From positions 1-38,726 of IMG/VR virus record IMGVR_UViG_3300016654_000301: a stretch of DNA of 38,726 bases; one strand, given 5' to 3'. Below the pieces are notes generated by a model. That model made no database searches and was not told where the DNA came from. It was given only the letters and a program-made list of their open reading frames with translations. Numbering within the stretch: the first letter of the stretch is position 1; each line of letters starts with the position of its first letter. The position numbers were made by a program, and so were the translations under genes. Shown one piece after another: positions 26,166-35,993 of this stretch. This DNA is from a virus. Lineage: Duplodnaviria > Caudoviricetes.

Positions 26166-28228
26166 TGGCGGACAAGTTCCAGCTCAAGGCGTTGATCACT
26201 GGCGTCGACAAGCTGTCGCCGACGCTGTCCGGTATCCGAAAAAACGTTGCGGGCTTCCGCAAACAGTTGGAAAGCTCGGGACTGGGCAAGATCAGCTTTC
26301 AGGATGTAGTGCAGGGCGGGGCGCTTGCTGCCCCGTTTGTTGCCGGGGCGAAGGCCGCTATCGATTTTGAATCATCGATGGCCGACGTGAAGAAGGTGGT
26401 CAACTTCGACACGCCGCAACAGTTCCAGCAGATGGGCAAGGATGTGCTCGACCTGTCGGAGAAAATGCCAATGGCAGCGAGCGGCATTGCTGCCATCGTA
26501 GCGGCCGGCGGGCAGGCGGGTTTTGCAGCGGGCGAGTTGAAGCAGTTCGCGGAAGACGCCGTGAAGATGGGCATCGCCTTCGATCAGACGGCGGAACAGT
26601 CCGGCGACATGATGGCGAAGTGGCGGACGTCCTTTAAGTTGACCCAGCCCGAAGTAGTCGCCCTGGCCGACAAGATCAACTATCTGAGCAACACCGGTCC
26701 ATCCTCTGCCGCGCAGATCGCCGACATCGTGACCCGTATCGGTCCGCTGGGGAAAATCGCCGGTCTGGCATCGGGACAAATTGCCGCCATGGGCGCCACG
26801 CTCGCCGGCGTTGGTGTGCCCAGCGAAGTGGCGGCCACTGGCTTGAAGAACTTCATGCTGGCGCTGACCAAAGGGAAGGCCGCCACCAAAGAACAAACCC
26901 AAGCGTTCAAGTCGCTCAGGCTCGATGTCACGAAAGTCGCTCAGGGTATGCAGAAAGACGCTCAAGGCACCATGCTTGATGTGCTGGAGCGAGTGGCCAA
27001 GGTCGCACCGGAAAAGCAGGCCGGCTTGTTGACCCAGTTGTTTGGATCAGAGTCCGTCACAGCGATCGCCCCATTGCTGACCAACCTCGATCTTTTGAAG
27101 AAGAGCTTCGGGGATGTTGGGGCAGACGCCAAATACGCTGGCTCCATGAATAGCGAATACAGCGCACGTGCCGCAACCACCGCGAACGCGATGCAGCTGA
27201 TGCGCAACCGTGTGACGCGACTGGGCGTTGAGATTGGCAACGTGCTTCTGCCACCGCTCAACGACATCATGACGCTGCTGGGGCCTATCGTTGGACAGAT
27301 ATCAGAATTTGCTGCGGCGAACCCGGGTCTGGTCAAGAGCGTCCTGGGCGTGGGGATTGCTTTTGGCGCGCTCAAGCTCGCAGTAATGGGCGGCATCTTT
27401 GCTCTGAAATTGTTCGAGACAGTCACCAAGATGTCCGTCGTCGGGCTGGTGATTCGCGGGCTGGCGCTGGCGGCGGGCCTACTCATTGGTAACTGGCAGA
27501 GGGTCGCGCCATTCTTTTCCGCCTTGTGGGGATTGATCACGGCTGTTGCTCGGCGTGCCCAGGCGGCTTGGGAGAAATTCACCCAGACCAGCCCCGTCAT
27601 TGCCAAGAGCCTGATGGGGGCCGCTGCGGGCTTTCTCGCGATGCGCGTCGCCATGCTGGCGGCGAACGTCGCCGGGAAAATCTTCAGCGTTACCCTGGCT
27701 GTTGTGCGCGGCGCAGTGATCGCCGCCACGGTGGCGACTCGTATTTTCAACCTGGTGGCGAAGTCCAATCCGTTCGTGCTGATTGCCAGCTTGATCGCCA
27801 TGGCGGCCGGTGCGCTGATCGCCAACTGGGAGCCAGCGCTGCAATGGTTCAAGGAAGCGTGGGACAAGATCAGCGGCTGGGTCAGGTCGATCATGGAAGC
27901 CTTTGGCATGGTGGGCGATGGCGGCATAGATGGCACGGTGAGTACCGCAACCAACGCAGTCAACAACCTGACTATGCAAGTTGCCCCGGCGCGTGCCGGC
28001 AACGGCGACGGGACCCTGCTGCGGCCTCGGCCCGATGGCGAGCGTTGGTCGCCGCAAGGTGACTCACTGGTTCAGAACGCCATGGCCGCGAGCCAGCCCA
28101 AGCTTCAGGGGGAGCTGGTGATGCGTTTCGAGAACCAGCCGCCAGGCCTGCAGGTCGACAAATCACAAACCAATCAGCCTGGGCTGAAAATCAAACCTGA
28201 CGTTGGAACCCGCACTGTGGGTCGATGA
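26165..28228 (+). CDS. Tail tape measure protein, TP901 family
   Basis: AIDFESSMADVKKV, LADKINYL, QLFGSE; Ala-rich with a hydrophobic segment. Confidence 0.93.
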   Translation: MADKFQLKALITGVDKLSPTLSGIRKNVAGFRKQLESSGLGKISFQDVVQGGALAAPFVAGAKAAIDFESSMADVKKVVNFDTPQQFQQMGKDVLDLSEKMPMAASGIAAIVAAGGQAGFAAGELKQFAEDAVKMGIAFDQTAEQSGDMMAKWRTSFKLTQPEVVALADKINYLSNTGPSSAAQIADIVTRIGPLGKIAGLASGQIAAMGATLAGVGVPSEVAATGLKNFMLALTKGKAATKEQTQAFKSLRLDVTKVAQGMQKDAQGTMLDVLERVAKVAPEKQAGLLTQLFGSESVTAIAPLLTNLDLLKKSFGDVGADAKYAGSMNSEYSARAATTANAMQLMRNRVTRLGVEIGNVLLPPLNDIMTLLGPIVGQISEFAAANPGLVKSVLGVGIAFGALKLAVMGGIFALKLFETVTKMSVVGLVIRGLALAAGLLIGNWQRVAPFFSALWGLITAVARRAQAAWEKFTQTSPVIAKSLMGAAAGFLAMRVAMLAANVAGKIFSVTLAVVRGAVIAATVATRIFNLVAKSNPFVLIASLIAMAAGALIANWEPALQWFKEAWDKISGWVRSIMEAFGMVGDGGIDGTVSTATNAVNNLTMQVAPARAGNGDGTLLRPRPDGERWSPQGDSLVQNAMAASQPKLQGELVMRFENQPPGLQVDKSQTNQPGLKIKPDVGTRTVGR

Positions 28229-29496
28229 GGCAGCGAATGGATCAGACGACATGGCGAGACCAGATGCTGCCGGCGTCATTTCGGGGGATCAGCTTTTTGA
28301 TCCCTCAAGCATCGGTGCCGATCGGCATGAAAGTGCAGTTGCACGAATTTCCGCAACGGGACGAGCCGTACGCGGAACAGTTGGGCAAGCAATCCCAGGT
28401 GCATCGTCTGGTGTGCTGGATCATCGGTGATGACTGTTTCGAACGGCGTGACAAGTTCATGGAAGCTCTCCAGACGCCGGGCCCCGGTGAGCTGGTTCAT
28501 CCATGGCTGGGGCGAATGCAGGTCAAAGTCGGCGAGGGGGAACTGAGCCACGATTTCAAGCGCGGGGGCATGGCTGAGTTCGCGGTGACGTTCTATCCGG
28601 ACGCCCCGCTGAAGTTCCCCACGGCCAAGGTCAACACCCAGCAGCAGGTGGTCAAGGCTTCGGACAGCCTGCTGGATTCAGCACTCGGGCGCTATAAGGC
28701 TGCAATGGCCAAGGTGGATCAAGCGCGGCTCGGCTTGGCTCGGCTGCGCAACAGCCTGTCGGGTGTGTATACGGTGATCCAGCAGCAGTTCTCTACGATT
28801 GTTGGCGCCTTCACCAACCTGACCGGCTTCGTCCAGTCGCTGATGAATGCACCGGACTCCCTGTCGTCGCTGTTCTCCAGCTACTTCAGTGAGTTCTCGG
28901 TCGATGACTACTTGGGTGATGACTCAGGTTCAACCTACCGGAACACGGTGGCCGCTTCGACGCAGCACGCCGAGGCGGTGGCCAGCGTCAACACGGTCAG
29001 CCAGGCCGGCGGTAGAGACTCTGCCGCAGCGTCACAGGCGACCGCCGATCTGGTGCAGGACGCGCTTTTGGTGCAGGTCGCGTTGATCATCAGTGAAATG
29101 CCGATCGCTTCGCAGCCAGTGTCACCAGGTGCAACGCCCGGTGTTGATCAGCAGGCCGTGCAGCCGATCGCAAGGCCAGAGGTCCCTGTGGCTGACGATG
29201 TGATCGAGCTGCGTGACAACCTCAATGAAGCCATCTTCGAAGCATCGCTGAAGGCTGACCCCGAGCACTACATGGCGCTCAACACCCTGCGTCAGACCAT
29301 CGTCAAGCACCTGACCGCTGTCGCAGAATCCGGTGTGCGTCTGGTCGAAATCACGCCGGCGGAAACTCTGCCGGCCTTGGTACTGGCTTACCGGCGCTTC
29401 GGCGATGCCACCCGTGAATCCGAAGTGGTGCAGCGCAATCGCCTCAGGCACCCGGGGTTCGTCCCGGCGCTTCCGCTCAAAATAGCCCAGAGGTAA
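28225..29496 (+). CDS. DNA circularisation/tail protein (Mu gpN-like)
   Basis: ASFRGI, HEFPQRD, GPGELVHPWLG, RNRLRHPGFVP. Confidence 0.92.
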   Translation: MRQRMDQTTWRDQMLPASFRGISFLIPQASVPIGMKVQLHEFPQRDEPYAEQLGKQSQVHRLVCWIIGDDCFERRDKFMEALQTPGPGELVHPWLGRMQVKVGEGELSHDFKRGGMAEFAVTFYPDAPLKFPTAKVNTQQQVVKASDSLLDSALGRYKAAMAKVDQARLGLARLRNSLSGVYTVIQQQFSTIVGAFTNLTGFVQSLMNAPDSLSSLFSSYFSEFSVDDYLGDDSGSTYRNTVAASTQHAEAVASVNTVSQAGGRDSAAASQATADLVQDALLVQVALIISEMPIASQPVSPGATPGVDQQAVQPIARPEVPVADDVIELRDNLNEAIFEASLKADPEHYMALNTLRQTIVKHLTAVAESGVRLVEITPAETLPALVLAYRRFGDATRESEVVQRNRLRHPGFVPALPLKIAQR

Positions 29497-29499
29497 CCC

Positions 29500-30612
29500 A
29501 TGGAAGATATCAATGCTGTCGGCCTCACGGTTGACGGCCTGGATTACTCCGGCTGGAAATCCGTGGAAATCACCGCCGGCCTCGAGGATCAGGCCAGGTC
29601 TTTCAATCTCAGCATCACCTGGAAGTGGCCCGGGCAGCTCCAGCCGTTGCCGATCAAGCAGGGGGCGAAATGTCAGGTACGGATCGGTGATGACCTGGTG
29701 CTGACTGGCTGGGTGTTCGCCACGCCGATCAGCTACGACGACAAGCAAATCACCACCAGCATCAGCGGGCGCTCGCTGACCGCCGACCTGGTGGACTGTG
29801 CGGCGATCAACAAGCCGGGGCAGTGGAACAATCAGAGCGTGCTGGCCATTGTCAGCGCGCTTGCCCGTCCGTATGGGATCAAGGTGCGCAGTCAGATCCC
29901 GGAAGGCGCCAAGCTGTCGGATCACACCATTGAGCCGGGTGAAACGGCGTTCGAATCTATCGACCGGCTATTGACGTTGTTTCGGGTTTTCTCCACGGAC
30001 GATGCCAAAGGCATGGCGGTGCTGGCAAAGCCCGGGAGCGAGGTACGGGCTTTTGATGCGCTGGAGGTTGGCAAGAACATCCTTACCGGTGACGCGCCGC
30101 TGGATTTCTCGGCGGTGTTTTCCGAATACCGAGTGCTTGGCCAAAAGAGCGGAACCGATGATGAGTTCGGTGAACAGGCGGCTGAAGTCTCGGCGGTGGT
30201 GACTGATCCACGAATGGCGCGCAAGCGGGTGATGATCATCCAGGAGTCCGGCCAGATGACCAACGAGCTTGCCCAGGCCCGGGCGAACTGGGAGAGGGGC
30301 AGCCGGATGGGCAAGGCGCTCACGACCACCTACACCGTACAAGGTTGGCGGCAAACGAACGGGGCGCTGTGGCGGCATAACTCGCTGGTGCGGGTCATCG
30401 ATCCTGTGATCGGGTTCGACCGCGTGATGCTCATTGCCCGGGTGACTTACACCCTATCCGAGTCCGGAATGATCACACGGATGGAGATCGGCCCGCCGGA
30501 TGGTTTCGAACCGGAGCCGCACGACCCGCACAAAAACCGCAAGCTCAAGAAAGGCGGCAAGGGCGACAACTTCGAATACCTCATTCCCGCAGATTACGAG
30601 CCCAAAAAATGA
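29500..30612 (+). CDS. Baseplate hub (Mu gp44/gpP-like)
   Basis: YSGWKSVEI, GRSLTADLVDC, VQGWRQ..G.LW. Confidence 0.92.
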   Translation: MEDINAVGLTVDGLDYSGWKSVEITAGLEDQARSFNLSITWKWPGQLQPLPIKQGAKCQVRIGDDLVLTGWVFATPISYDDKQITTSISGRSLTADLVDCAAINKPGQWNNQSVLAIVSALARPYGIKVRSQIPEGAKLSDHTIEPGETAFESIDRLLTLFRVFSTDDAKGMAVLAKPGSEVRAFDALEVGKNILTGDAPLDFSAVFSEYRVLGQKSGTDDEFGEQAAEVSAVVTDPRMARKRVMIIQESGQMTNELAQARANWERGSRMGKALTTTYTVQGWRQTNGALWRHNSLVRVIDPVIGFDRVMLIARVTYTLSESGMITRMEIGPPDGFEPEPHDPHKNRKLKKGGKGDNFEYLIPADYEPKK

Positions 30613-31115
30613 GTCTGAAAAGCATGATGGCGCGCGGCACCGTGCTGCTGACGGCTGCCGGAAAAATGATGCAGACGCTACAGGTCCGGTTGACCGCCGG
30701 AGAAGTGAAGGACTCCGTGGAGCATTTCGAACCCTACGGGTTCACCAGCAACCCCTTGGCTGGCGCTGAGGTGCTGACCATGTTTCTTGGTGGTGACCGC
30801 TCCCACGCCGTGGTAGTGGTCGCCGCTGATCGCCGGTACCGAATCAAGCAACTGAAACCCGGTGAGGTGGCTATCTACACGGACGAAGGTGACAAGGTGC
30901 ATTTCAAGCGCGGCCGGATCATCGACATCGAAACCGACACGCTAAACATCAAGGCCACCAAAGCGGTGAACTTCGACACGCCAGTGATCAATCAGACCGG
31001 GAAGGTCGTTTCCGCGGGAGACCAGATCGCAGGCGGTGTCAGCCAGATAGAACACGTCCACACCCACGTACAGGCCGGCAGCGGCAACAGCGGGCCGCCC
31101 GCAATGGGGGCTTGA
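30609..31115 (+). CDS. Baseplate spike (Mu gp45/gpV-like)
   Basis: EPYGFTS, GGDRSH, GEVAIY, HVHTH metal-binding tip. Confidence 0.92.
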   Translation: MSLKSMMARGTVLLTAAGKMMQTLQVRLTAGEVKDSVEHFEPYGFTSNPLAGAEVLTMFLGGDRSHAVVVVAADRRYRIKQLKPGEVAIYTDEGDKVHFKRGRIIDIETDTLNIKATKAVNFDTPVINQTGKVVSAGDQIAGGVSQIEHVHTHVQAGSGNSGPPAMGA

Positions 31116-31513
31116 TGATTACTTCTGAAAACCGCGAGGACGTGCTGATTCGCGCCGTACTGATCAGTCTGTTCACCTGGCGCCGCGGGATGACCGACGA
31201 TCCAGTAGACGATGAGGAGTTGTTCGGCTGGTGGGGAGACAGCTATCCAACCATTGCCGATGACCGCATCGGCTCGCGCTTGTGGCTGCTGCGGCGAGTC
31301 AAACTCACCGGAGCCACCCAGCGTGACGCTGAGTTCTACGCCAGTGAGGCTCTTCAGTGGTTGCTCGATGATGGTCACGTGATCGCGATCGAGATCACCA
31401 GCGAGAGGCATGACGTCAATCGGTTGAACCTGATCGTCATCCTGACCATTCCAGGCGGTGACCGCGTTGAAATCAAACCCAACTCAACCTGGCAGGTGAT
31501 CTATGCCGTTTGA
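31115..31513 (+). CDS. Baseplate protein, Mu gp46 family
   Basis: AVLISLFTWRR, GWWGD, GSRLWLL, EALQWL. Confidence 0.92.
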   Translation: MITSENREDVLIRAVLISLFTWRRGMTDDPVDDEELFGWWGDSYPTIADDRIGSRLWLLRRVKLTGATQRDAEFYASEALQWLLDDGHVIAIEITSERHDVNRLNLIVILTIPGGDRVEIKPNSTWQVIYAV

Positions 31514-32540
31514 AACACCTTCATTGCCGGTACTCATCAGCCGAACCCAGAGCGATCTGGCAAACGATGCGCTCCGTCGATCCGACGCTCAGGTTCTGGC
31601 AAGAACAGTCAGTGGCACTGCTTACGGCTTGTACGGTTATCTGAACTGGATTGTCGAGCAGATCCTGCCGGACAAGGCGGATGAAGAAACGCTTGAGCGA
31701 ATTGCAGCACTGCGGCTGAACCAGCCGCGCAAAGCTGCTCAGGCGGCGGAAGGCATGGTCAGCTTCACCGCCGTTGCCGGCGCAGTCCTTGATGAGGAAG
31801 TCGTGCTGCAGTCTGGTGATGGTCGCATGTACCAAGTTGCAGAAGAGCTGATCACGATTGCCGGACTGAACAGTGCGCATGTTCGGGCAGTAAATGCCGG
31901 TAATCTGGGCAACGCCGGAACGGGAGGGCAGTTGTCGTTGGTGCAGCCAGTTCCTGGTGTAACCGATGCATTCACCATTCTGGCGCCTGGTCTGGTGGGA
32001 GGGATTGCCGAGGAAAGCGTCGAGTCCCTGCGGGCCAGAGTTATTCGATCCTATCGGGTGATTCCCCACGGTGGTTCTGCTGATGATTACGAAACGTGGG
32101 CAATCGAGGTTCCAGGCGTTACGCGGGCGTGGTGTCGGCGTAATTATATGGGCCCGGGTACAGTCGCTGTATTCGTCATGCGTGACAGTGACCCTGTACC
32201 AGTGCCAAGCCCTGCGCAGTTGGCCGAAGTTAAGTCTCATATAGAGCCGTTGCGGCCAGTGACGGCTGAAGTCTACGTGCTGCCTCCCGTCGAGAAACAT
32301 GTTTCCTATTCCATCCGCGTCCGGCCGGACACCTCTGCAATCCGTTCCGCAATCGAGGCTCAGCTTATCGACTTGCACGAGCGTGAAGCGGGGCTGGGTG
32401 ACACGCTGTTGCTAACGCATATTCGGGAAGCAATCAGCGGTTCGTTCGGCGAAGTTGATCATGACCTGGAATGGCCGGTGGCCAACGTCACGGCCGCGCC
32501 TAATGAGCTGCTGGTCTACTGGGGTGTCTTATGGTTGTAG
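31503..32540 (+). CDS. Baseplate J / Mu gp47
   Basis: QILPD.ADE, GG..EE....LRAR, GG..DY..WA..VPGV. Confidence 0.93.
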   Translation: MPFETPSLPVLISRTQSDLANDALRRSDAQVLARTVSGTAYGLYGYLNWIVEQILPDKADEETLERIAALRLNQPRKAAQAAEGMVSFTAVAGAVLDEEVVLQSGDGRMYQVAEELITIAGLNSAHVRAVNAGNLGNAGTGGQLSLVQPVPGVTDAFTILAPGLVGGIAEESVESLRARVIRSYRVIPHGGSADDYETWAIEVPGVTRAWCRRNYMGPGTVAVFVMRDSDPVPVPSPAQLAEVKSHIEPLRPVTAEVYVLPPVEKHVSYSIRVRPDTSAIRSAIEAQLIDLHEREAGLGDTLLLTHIREAISGSFGEVDHDLEWPVANVTAAPNELLVYWGVLWL

Positions 32541-33130
32541 CTCGAACCGCAGAAGAATATCGGCAGCAGCTTCGTGCCCTTTTACCAGCGGGGCCTGCAT
32601 GGGATCCCGAACTGGTGCCTGAGGTTGATTTGATCCTTTCGGGGGTGTCGATCGAGTTCTCACGATTAGACGCCCGTGCGGTCGACCTGCTGAATGAAAT
32701 GGATCCTGCGTCAGTCAACGAGCTGGTTCCAGAATGGGAGGCTGTCATGGGTCTGCCGGATGCATGCCTTGGACCGAATGCCGCCTTCGAGGATCGGCGG
32801 TTGGCTGTTCGCCGGCGTCTCGTCGAGGTAGGAGGACAAAGCCGCGCCTACTTTTTGGAAATCGCGATCAGTCAGGGATATCCCTCGCCAACAATCACCG
32901 AGCACCGAGCGCCCCGTATGGGGCGTTCTCATTTTGGGGCCGCGCACTTTGGTACGTGGGGAGCGCAATTTTTATGGACGCTCAACACGGGTAGTCGCCA
33001 ACGGATAGGACGCCGTTTCGGAGCGAGCTTTTGGGGCGAGCGCTTCGGTACCAACCCAGGTAACGCACTGGAGTGCCTGATTCGACGATCGGCACCAGCG
33101 CACACCGTCGTGCGCATCAACTACGACTGA
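32531..33130 (+). CDS. YmfQ / Mu gp48 baseplate protein
   Basis: LLPAGPAW, EWEAVMGLPD, LECLI....PAHT. Confidence 0.92.
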   Translation: MVVARTAEEYRQQLRALLPAGPAWDPELVPEVDLILSGVSIEFSRLDARAVDLLNEMDPASVNELVPEWEAVMGLPDACLGPNAAFEDRRLAVRRRLVEVGGQSRAYFLEIAISQGYPSPTITEHRAPRMGRSHFGAAHFGTWGAQFLWTLNTGSRQRIGRRFGASFWGERFGTNPGNALECLIRRSAPAHTVVRINYD

Positions 33131-33140
33131 GGGGAAAAAA

Positions 33141-34346
33141 GTGGATTATCCGATTAGCGTGCCAAACATTGGGTTGGTGGGCGGTAAGTTCGTGAACGAA
33201 GATTCGTTCGCTGGTACACCGGGATCCTTGATCCCTGCCCAGTGGGGCAACGCCGTCACCGATGAAATTATAAATGTCATCACAGGAGCCGGGCTGGTTC
33301 CGACCGAAGCCAACGTCACGCAGTTGCTGGCCGCAATACGCCTCATTAACAAACAGCCAGTAATTCTTAACGCCACTGGCCCTGCAAACGCCTATGTAGC
33401 AGTCAATTCACCAGCATTGACCGCGTTCCCTGCAAATGGATATGTGCAACGACTGTTGATTAATACCGCAAACACAGGTCCTTCAACGTACGCACCAGAC
33501 GGCCTGGCGGCCAAACCTATCTACGGACTTGCGTTGCAACCGCTTCAGGGTGGGGAGCTGCCTGTTGGTATCGCTGTACTCATGTACGTGGTTCAGGCGG
33601 GCGTGAACGGCGGGAACGGTGCATGGATCATCATCGATGCTATAGGGGGAAGGGCACAGATTCCGCAAGGGGTGGCCGGTCTGCATGCGATGCGACTGGA
33701 TCAAGCAGTAGGCCGCTTGATCAACGTGCAGACGTTTACATCTAGCGGCACTTGGACGCCGAGCCAGGGCACCAAATCCTTCCGGGTCAGGCTGATCGGC
33801 GGTGGAGCCGGTGGTGGTGGGGCTACGGCTACGAGCGCTACACAGGTCTCCTACGGGTCAGGAGGCAGTAGCGGCAGTTATGCCGAGGGATATTTTACGT
33901 CTGTACCTGCGTCTGCACAGGTCATCGTGGGCGCGGGCGGATCGGGTGTCACGGGGCAAAACGGTACTGCTGGGGGATCTTCATCGGTAGGGTCACTGAT
34001 CTCAGTAAATGGCGGAAGCTCGGGCGGTGTCTTTGGACCTGCCGTACCTCCGTTTACTGCGAACGCGCCGGCTACGGGCATTTCCATTACGGGCGCTTAT
34101 TTGGCTGTTCCGAGTGAGTCTCCGGCGCTCGCATTCGTTCTCTCAACTAGCACTGGATATTCGGGGCATGGTGCGTCCGGAAAGCTTGGCTCAGGCGGCC
34201 CACCGCTCAATACGGCCGGTACAGGCGTTGCTGGCCGTGGTTACGGTGCAGGCGGCGGCGGCGCTATTTCTTTCGCATCACAAGCGGTGGCCAGCGCCGG
34301 GGGCAGTGGGGCGCCCGGTATTGTGATAATTGAGGAGTACACCTGA
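33141..34346 (+). CDS. Tail fibre protein with glycine-rich C-terminal domain
   Basis: GTG start; GTPGSLIPAQWGN N-terminus; FTSSGTWT..IGGGAGGG...GAPGIVIIE. Confidence 0.85.
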   Translation: MDYPISVPNIGLVGGKFVNEDSFAGTPGSLIPAQWGNAVTDEIINVITGAGLVPTEANVTQLLAAIRLINKQPVILNATGPANAYVAVNSPALTAFPANGYVQRLLINTANTGPSTYAPDGLAAKPIYGLALQPLQGGELPVGIAVLMYVVQAGVNGGNGAWIIIDAIGGRAQIPQGVAGLHAMRLDQAVGRLINVQTFTSSGTWTPSQGTKSFRVRLIGGGAGGGGATATSATQVSYGSGGSSGSYAEGYFTSVPASAQVIVGAGGSGVTGQNGTAGGSSSVGSLISVNGGSSGGVFGPAVPPFTANAPATGISITGAYLAVPSESPALAFVLSTSTGYSGHGASGKLGSGGPPLNTAGTGVAGRGYGAGGGGAISFASQAVASAGGSGAPGIVIIEEYT

Positions 34347-34765
34347 TGCACACCTACGCGAGAGTTTCAGACGGGCTCGTTCACGAGCTTTTTTCCACTG
34401 AGGGTGATATCACCGAAATGTTTCATCCCGACCTTATCTGGGTAGATATCACGCGCCAGGATCCTGCCCCTGTCGTAGGTTGGTCGGCAACTGAATCAGC
34501 GGATGGATGGTTGCTTTCTGAGCCGGTTGTTCCACCACCGACTGATGCTGAACTGAAGCTTGAGGCGATGGCGCAGCGCGATGTTCTGCTGTCGATCGCA
34601 GACGAAGCGACCGTAGGTATGGCCGACGCGTTCATTGCCGGCCTGCTGGAGGATGACGACGTGGCGAGGTTCAAGGCCTTTGCCGCGTACAAGCTGGCCC
34701 TGAACAAGATCGACAAGCAGCCTCGATACCCTCAAGAAATTTTTTGGCCGCTAGCTCCAACGTGA
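34346..34765 (+). CDS. Tail fibre assembly protein
   Basis: MFHPDLIWVDIT...YKLALNKI...I.WP. Confidence 0.85.
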   Translation: MHTYARVSDGLVHELFSTEGDITEMFHPDLIWVDITRQDPAPVVGWSATESADGWLLSEPVVPPPTDAELKLEAMAQRDVLLSIADEATVGMADAFIAGLLEDDDVARFKAFAAYKLALNKIDKQPRYPQEIFWPLAPT

Positions 34766-35382
34766 TTAACGATTGTACTAATTACGGGAATGCTCTCCTT
34801 CATGACTGAGGGAAGCTTCTCGTACATTTCTGGGTGCATAAACATGGAGCATTCGATGAAAGCCCCGCCTAGGAAGGTACAGTTCTCAAAGGGTGTTACA
34901 TTCGTCACTGGTACATCACTGCGAACAATGATTATTTGACCGCGAACAAAAGTAGATCCTTTAATTGTGCACCCTGCTAAAAATATATTTCCGTTGCCGA
35001 CAATATTGCAGTCTTGAAATATTTTATCCTTGTGAGATCTATAAAAAGGATTGAAAAAATCTTCTGTGCTTATTGTTTGCCTTTCGAATTTTTGCTCAAG
35101 TGGGTTTACATTACGTTTGCTTGCGGCATTTTTTGCGATAGTAATGCCAATTCGCTTTTTGTCGAGATTTAGGATTAGATTGTAGGCAAACAGGCTTAAG
35201 AACGCTCCCGCAAAAAATAACCCTGAATAAATAATCGGCCCGGCGCTTTCAATCCATGGTGTGACGCGTGCAAGTGCTATTTGAATTGAGCCGCCGAATA
35301 TGAATATAAAGGCCGGAATTACCTTGCTTAAAATCCATTCAATATTTTTTGCGTGTCCAACTGATTTTGTTAACCAACTCAT
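34732..35382 (-). CDS. Moron: low-GC protein with 2 TM helices and a soluble C-terminal domain
   Basis: 216 aa; GGAGG SD; visibly AT-rich; opposite strand to late genes. Confidence 0.8.
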   Translation of the reverse strand: MSWLTKSVGHAKNIEWILSKVIPAFIFIFGGSIQIALARVTPWIESAGPIIYSGLFFAGAFLSLFAYNLILNLDKKRIGITIAKNAASKRNVNPLEQKFERQTISTEDFFNPFYRSHKDKIFQDCNIVGNGNIFLAGCTIKGSTFVRGQIIIVRSDVPVTNVTPFENCTFLGGAFIECSMFMHPEMYEKLPSVMKESIPVISTIVNHVGASGQKIS

Positions 35383-35526
35383 GGTGCCTCCGGCATTCCA
35401 TTTGTGCTGAGAGTTTGTGCTGGGAATATTAGTGCATTCTCGATTTAGGGAAAACTGGATGTGAGTTGAAAGTGAGCTAGCACCATTGCTTGACCGGATG
35501 TACCGGTCTGAGTACTGAATAATTTC

Positions 35527-35552
35527 AACCCGCCCACGAGGCGGTTTTTTTC
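35527..35552 (+). terminator. Terminator-like hairpin upstream of the endolysin
   Basis: CCGCC-CACGA-GGCGG followed by T7. Confidence 0.55.
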
Positions 35553-35567
35553 CGCCTGGAGAAATTG

Positions 35568-35993
35568 ATGACCGTTACAGAAAAAGACCGAGACATTCTC
35601 GCCCGGACGATCTGGGGTGAGGCGCGCGGCGAGACATCCGCCGGCAAGATTGCCGTGGCTTGGACGATCCGCAACCGTGTGTTCGATGGGAAAACCAATT
35701 CATGGTGGGGGGAGGGCTACGCCGGTGTGTGCCAGAAGCCGTACCAGTTCAGCTGCTGGAATAAAGGTGACCCGAACTATCCGTACCTCAGTGGCGCACG
35801 GGAGATCCCGTTCCGCGAACTGGCGCAGTGCCGGACTGCTGCTGACCAGGTAATCGACGGCAAGATGCCTGATCCCACGGGCGGAGCCACGCACTACTAT
35901 GCGCGCAGGATGAAGGCGGCGCCGGGGTGGGCGGCGAAGGCGAAGCAGACGCTGGAGCTCGGTGGCCACGTCTTCTTCAAGGATGTGCCGTAA
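35568..35993 (+). CDS. Endolysin, SleB/Hydrolase_2 cell wall hydrolase
   Basis: LARTIWGEARGE, NRV, YQFSCWN, DPTGGATHY, GGHVF. Confidence 0.92.
   Translation: MTVTEKDRDILARTIWGEARGETSAGKIAVAWTIRNRVFDGKTNSWWGEGYAGVCQKPYQFSCWNKGDPNYPYLSGAREIPFRELAQCRTAADQVIDGKMPDPTGGATHYYARRMKAAPGWAAKAKQTLELGGHVFFKDVP

Noticed and set aside
33141-35560. Diversity-generating retroelement or invertible tail-fibre cassette
   Set aside because: No reverse transcriptase, invertase, template/variable repeat pair or second fibre gene seen.
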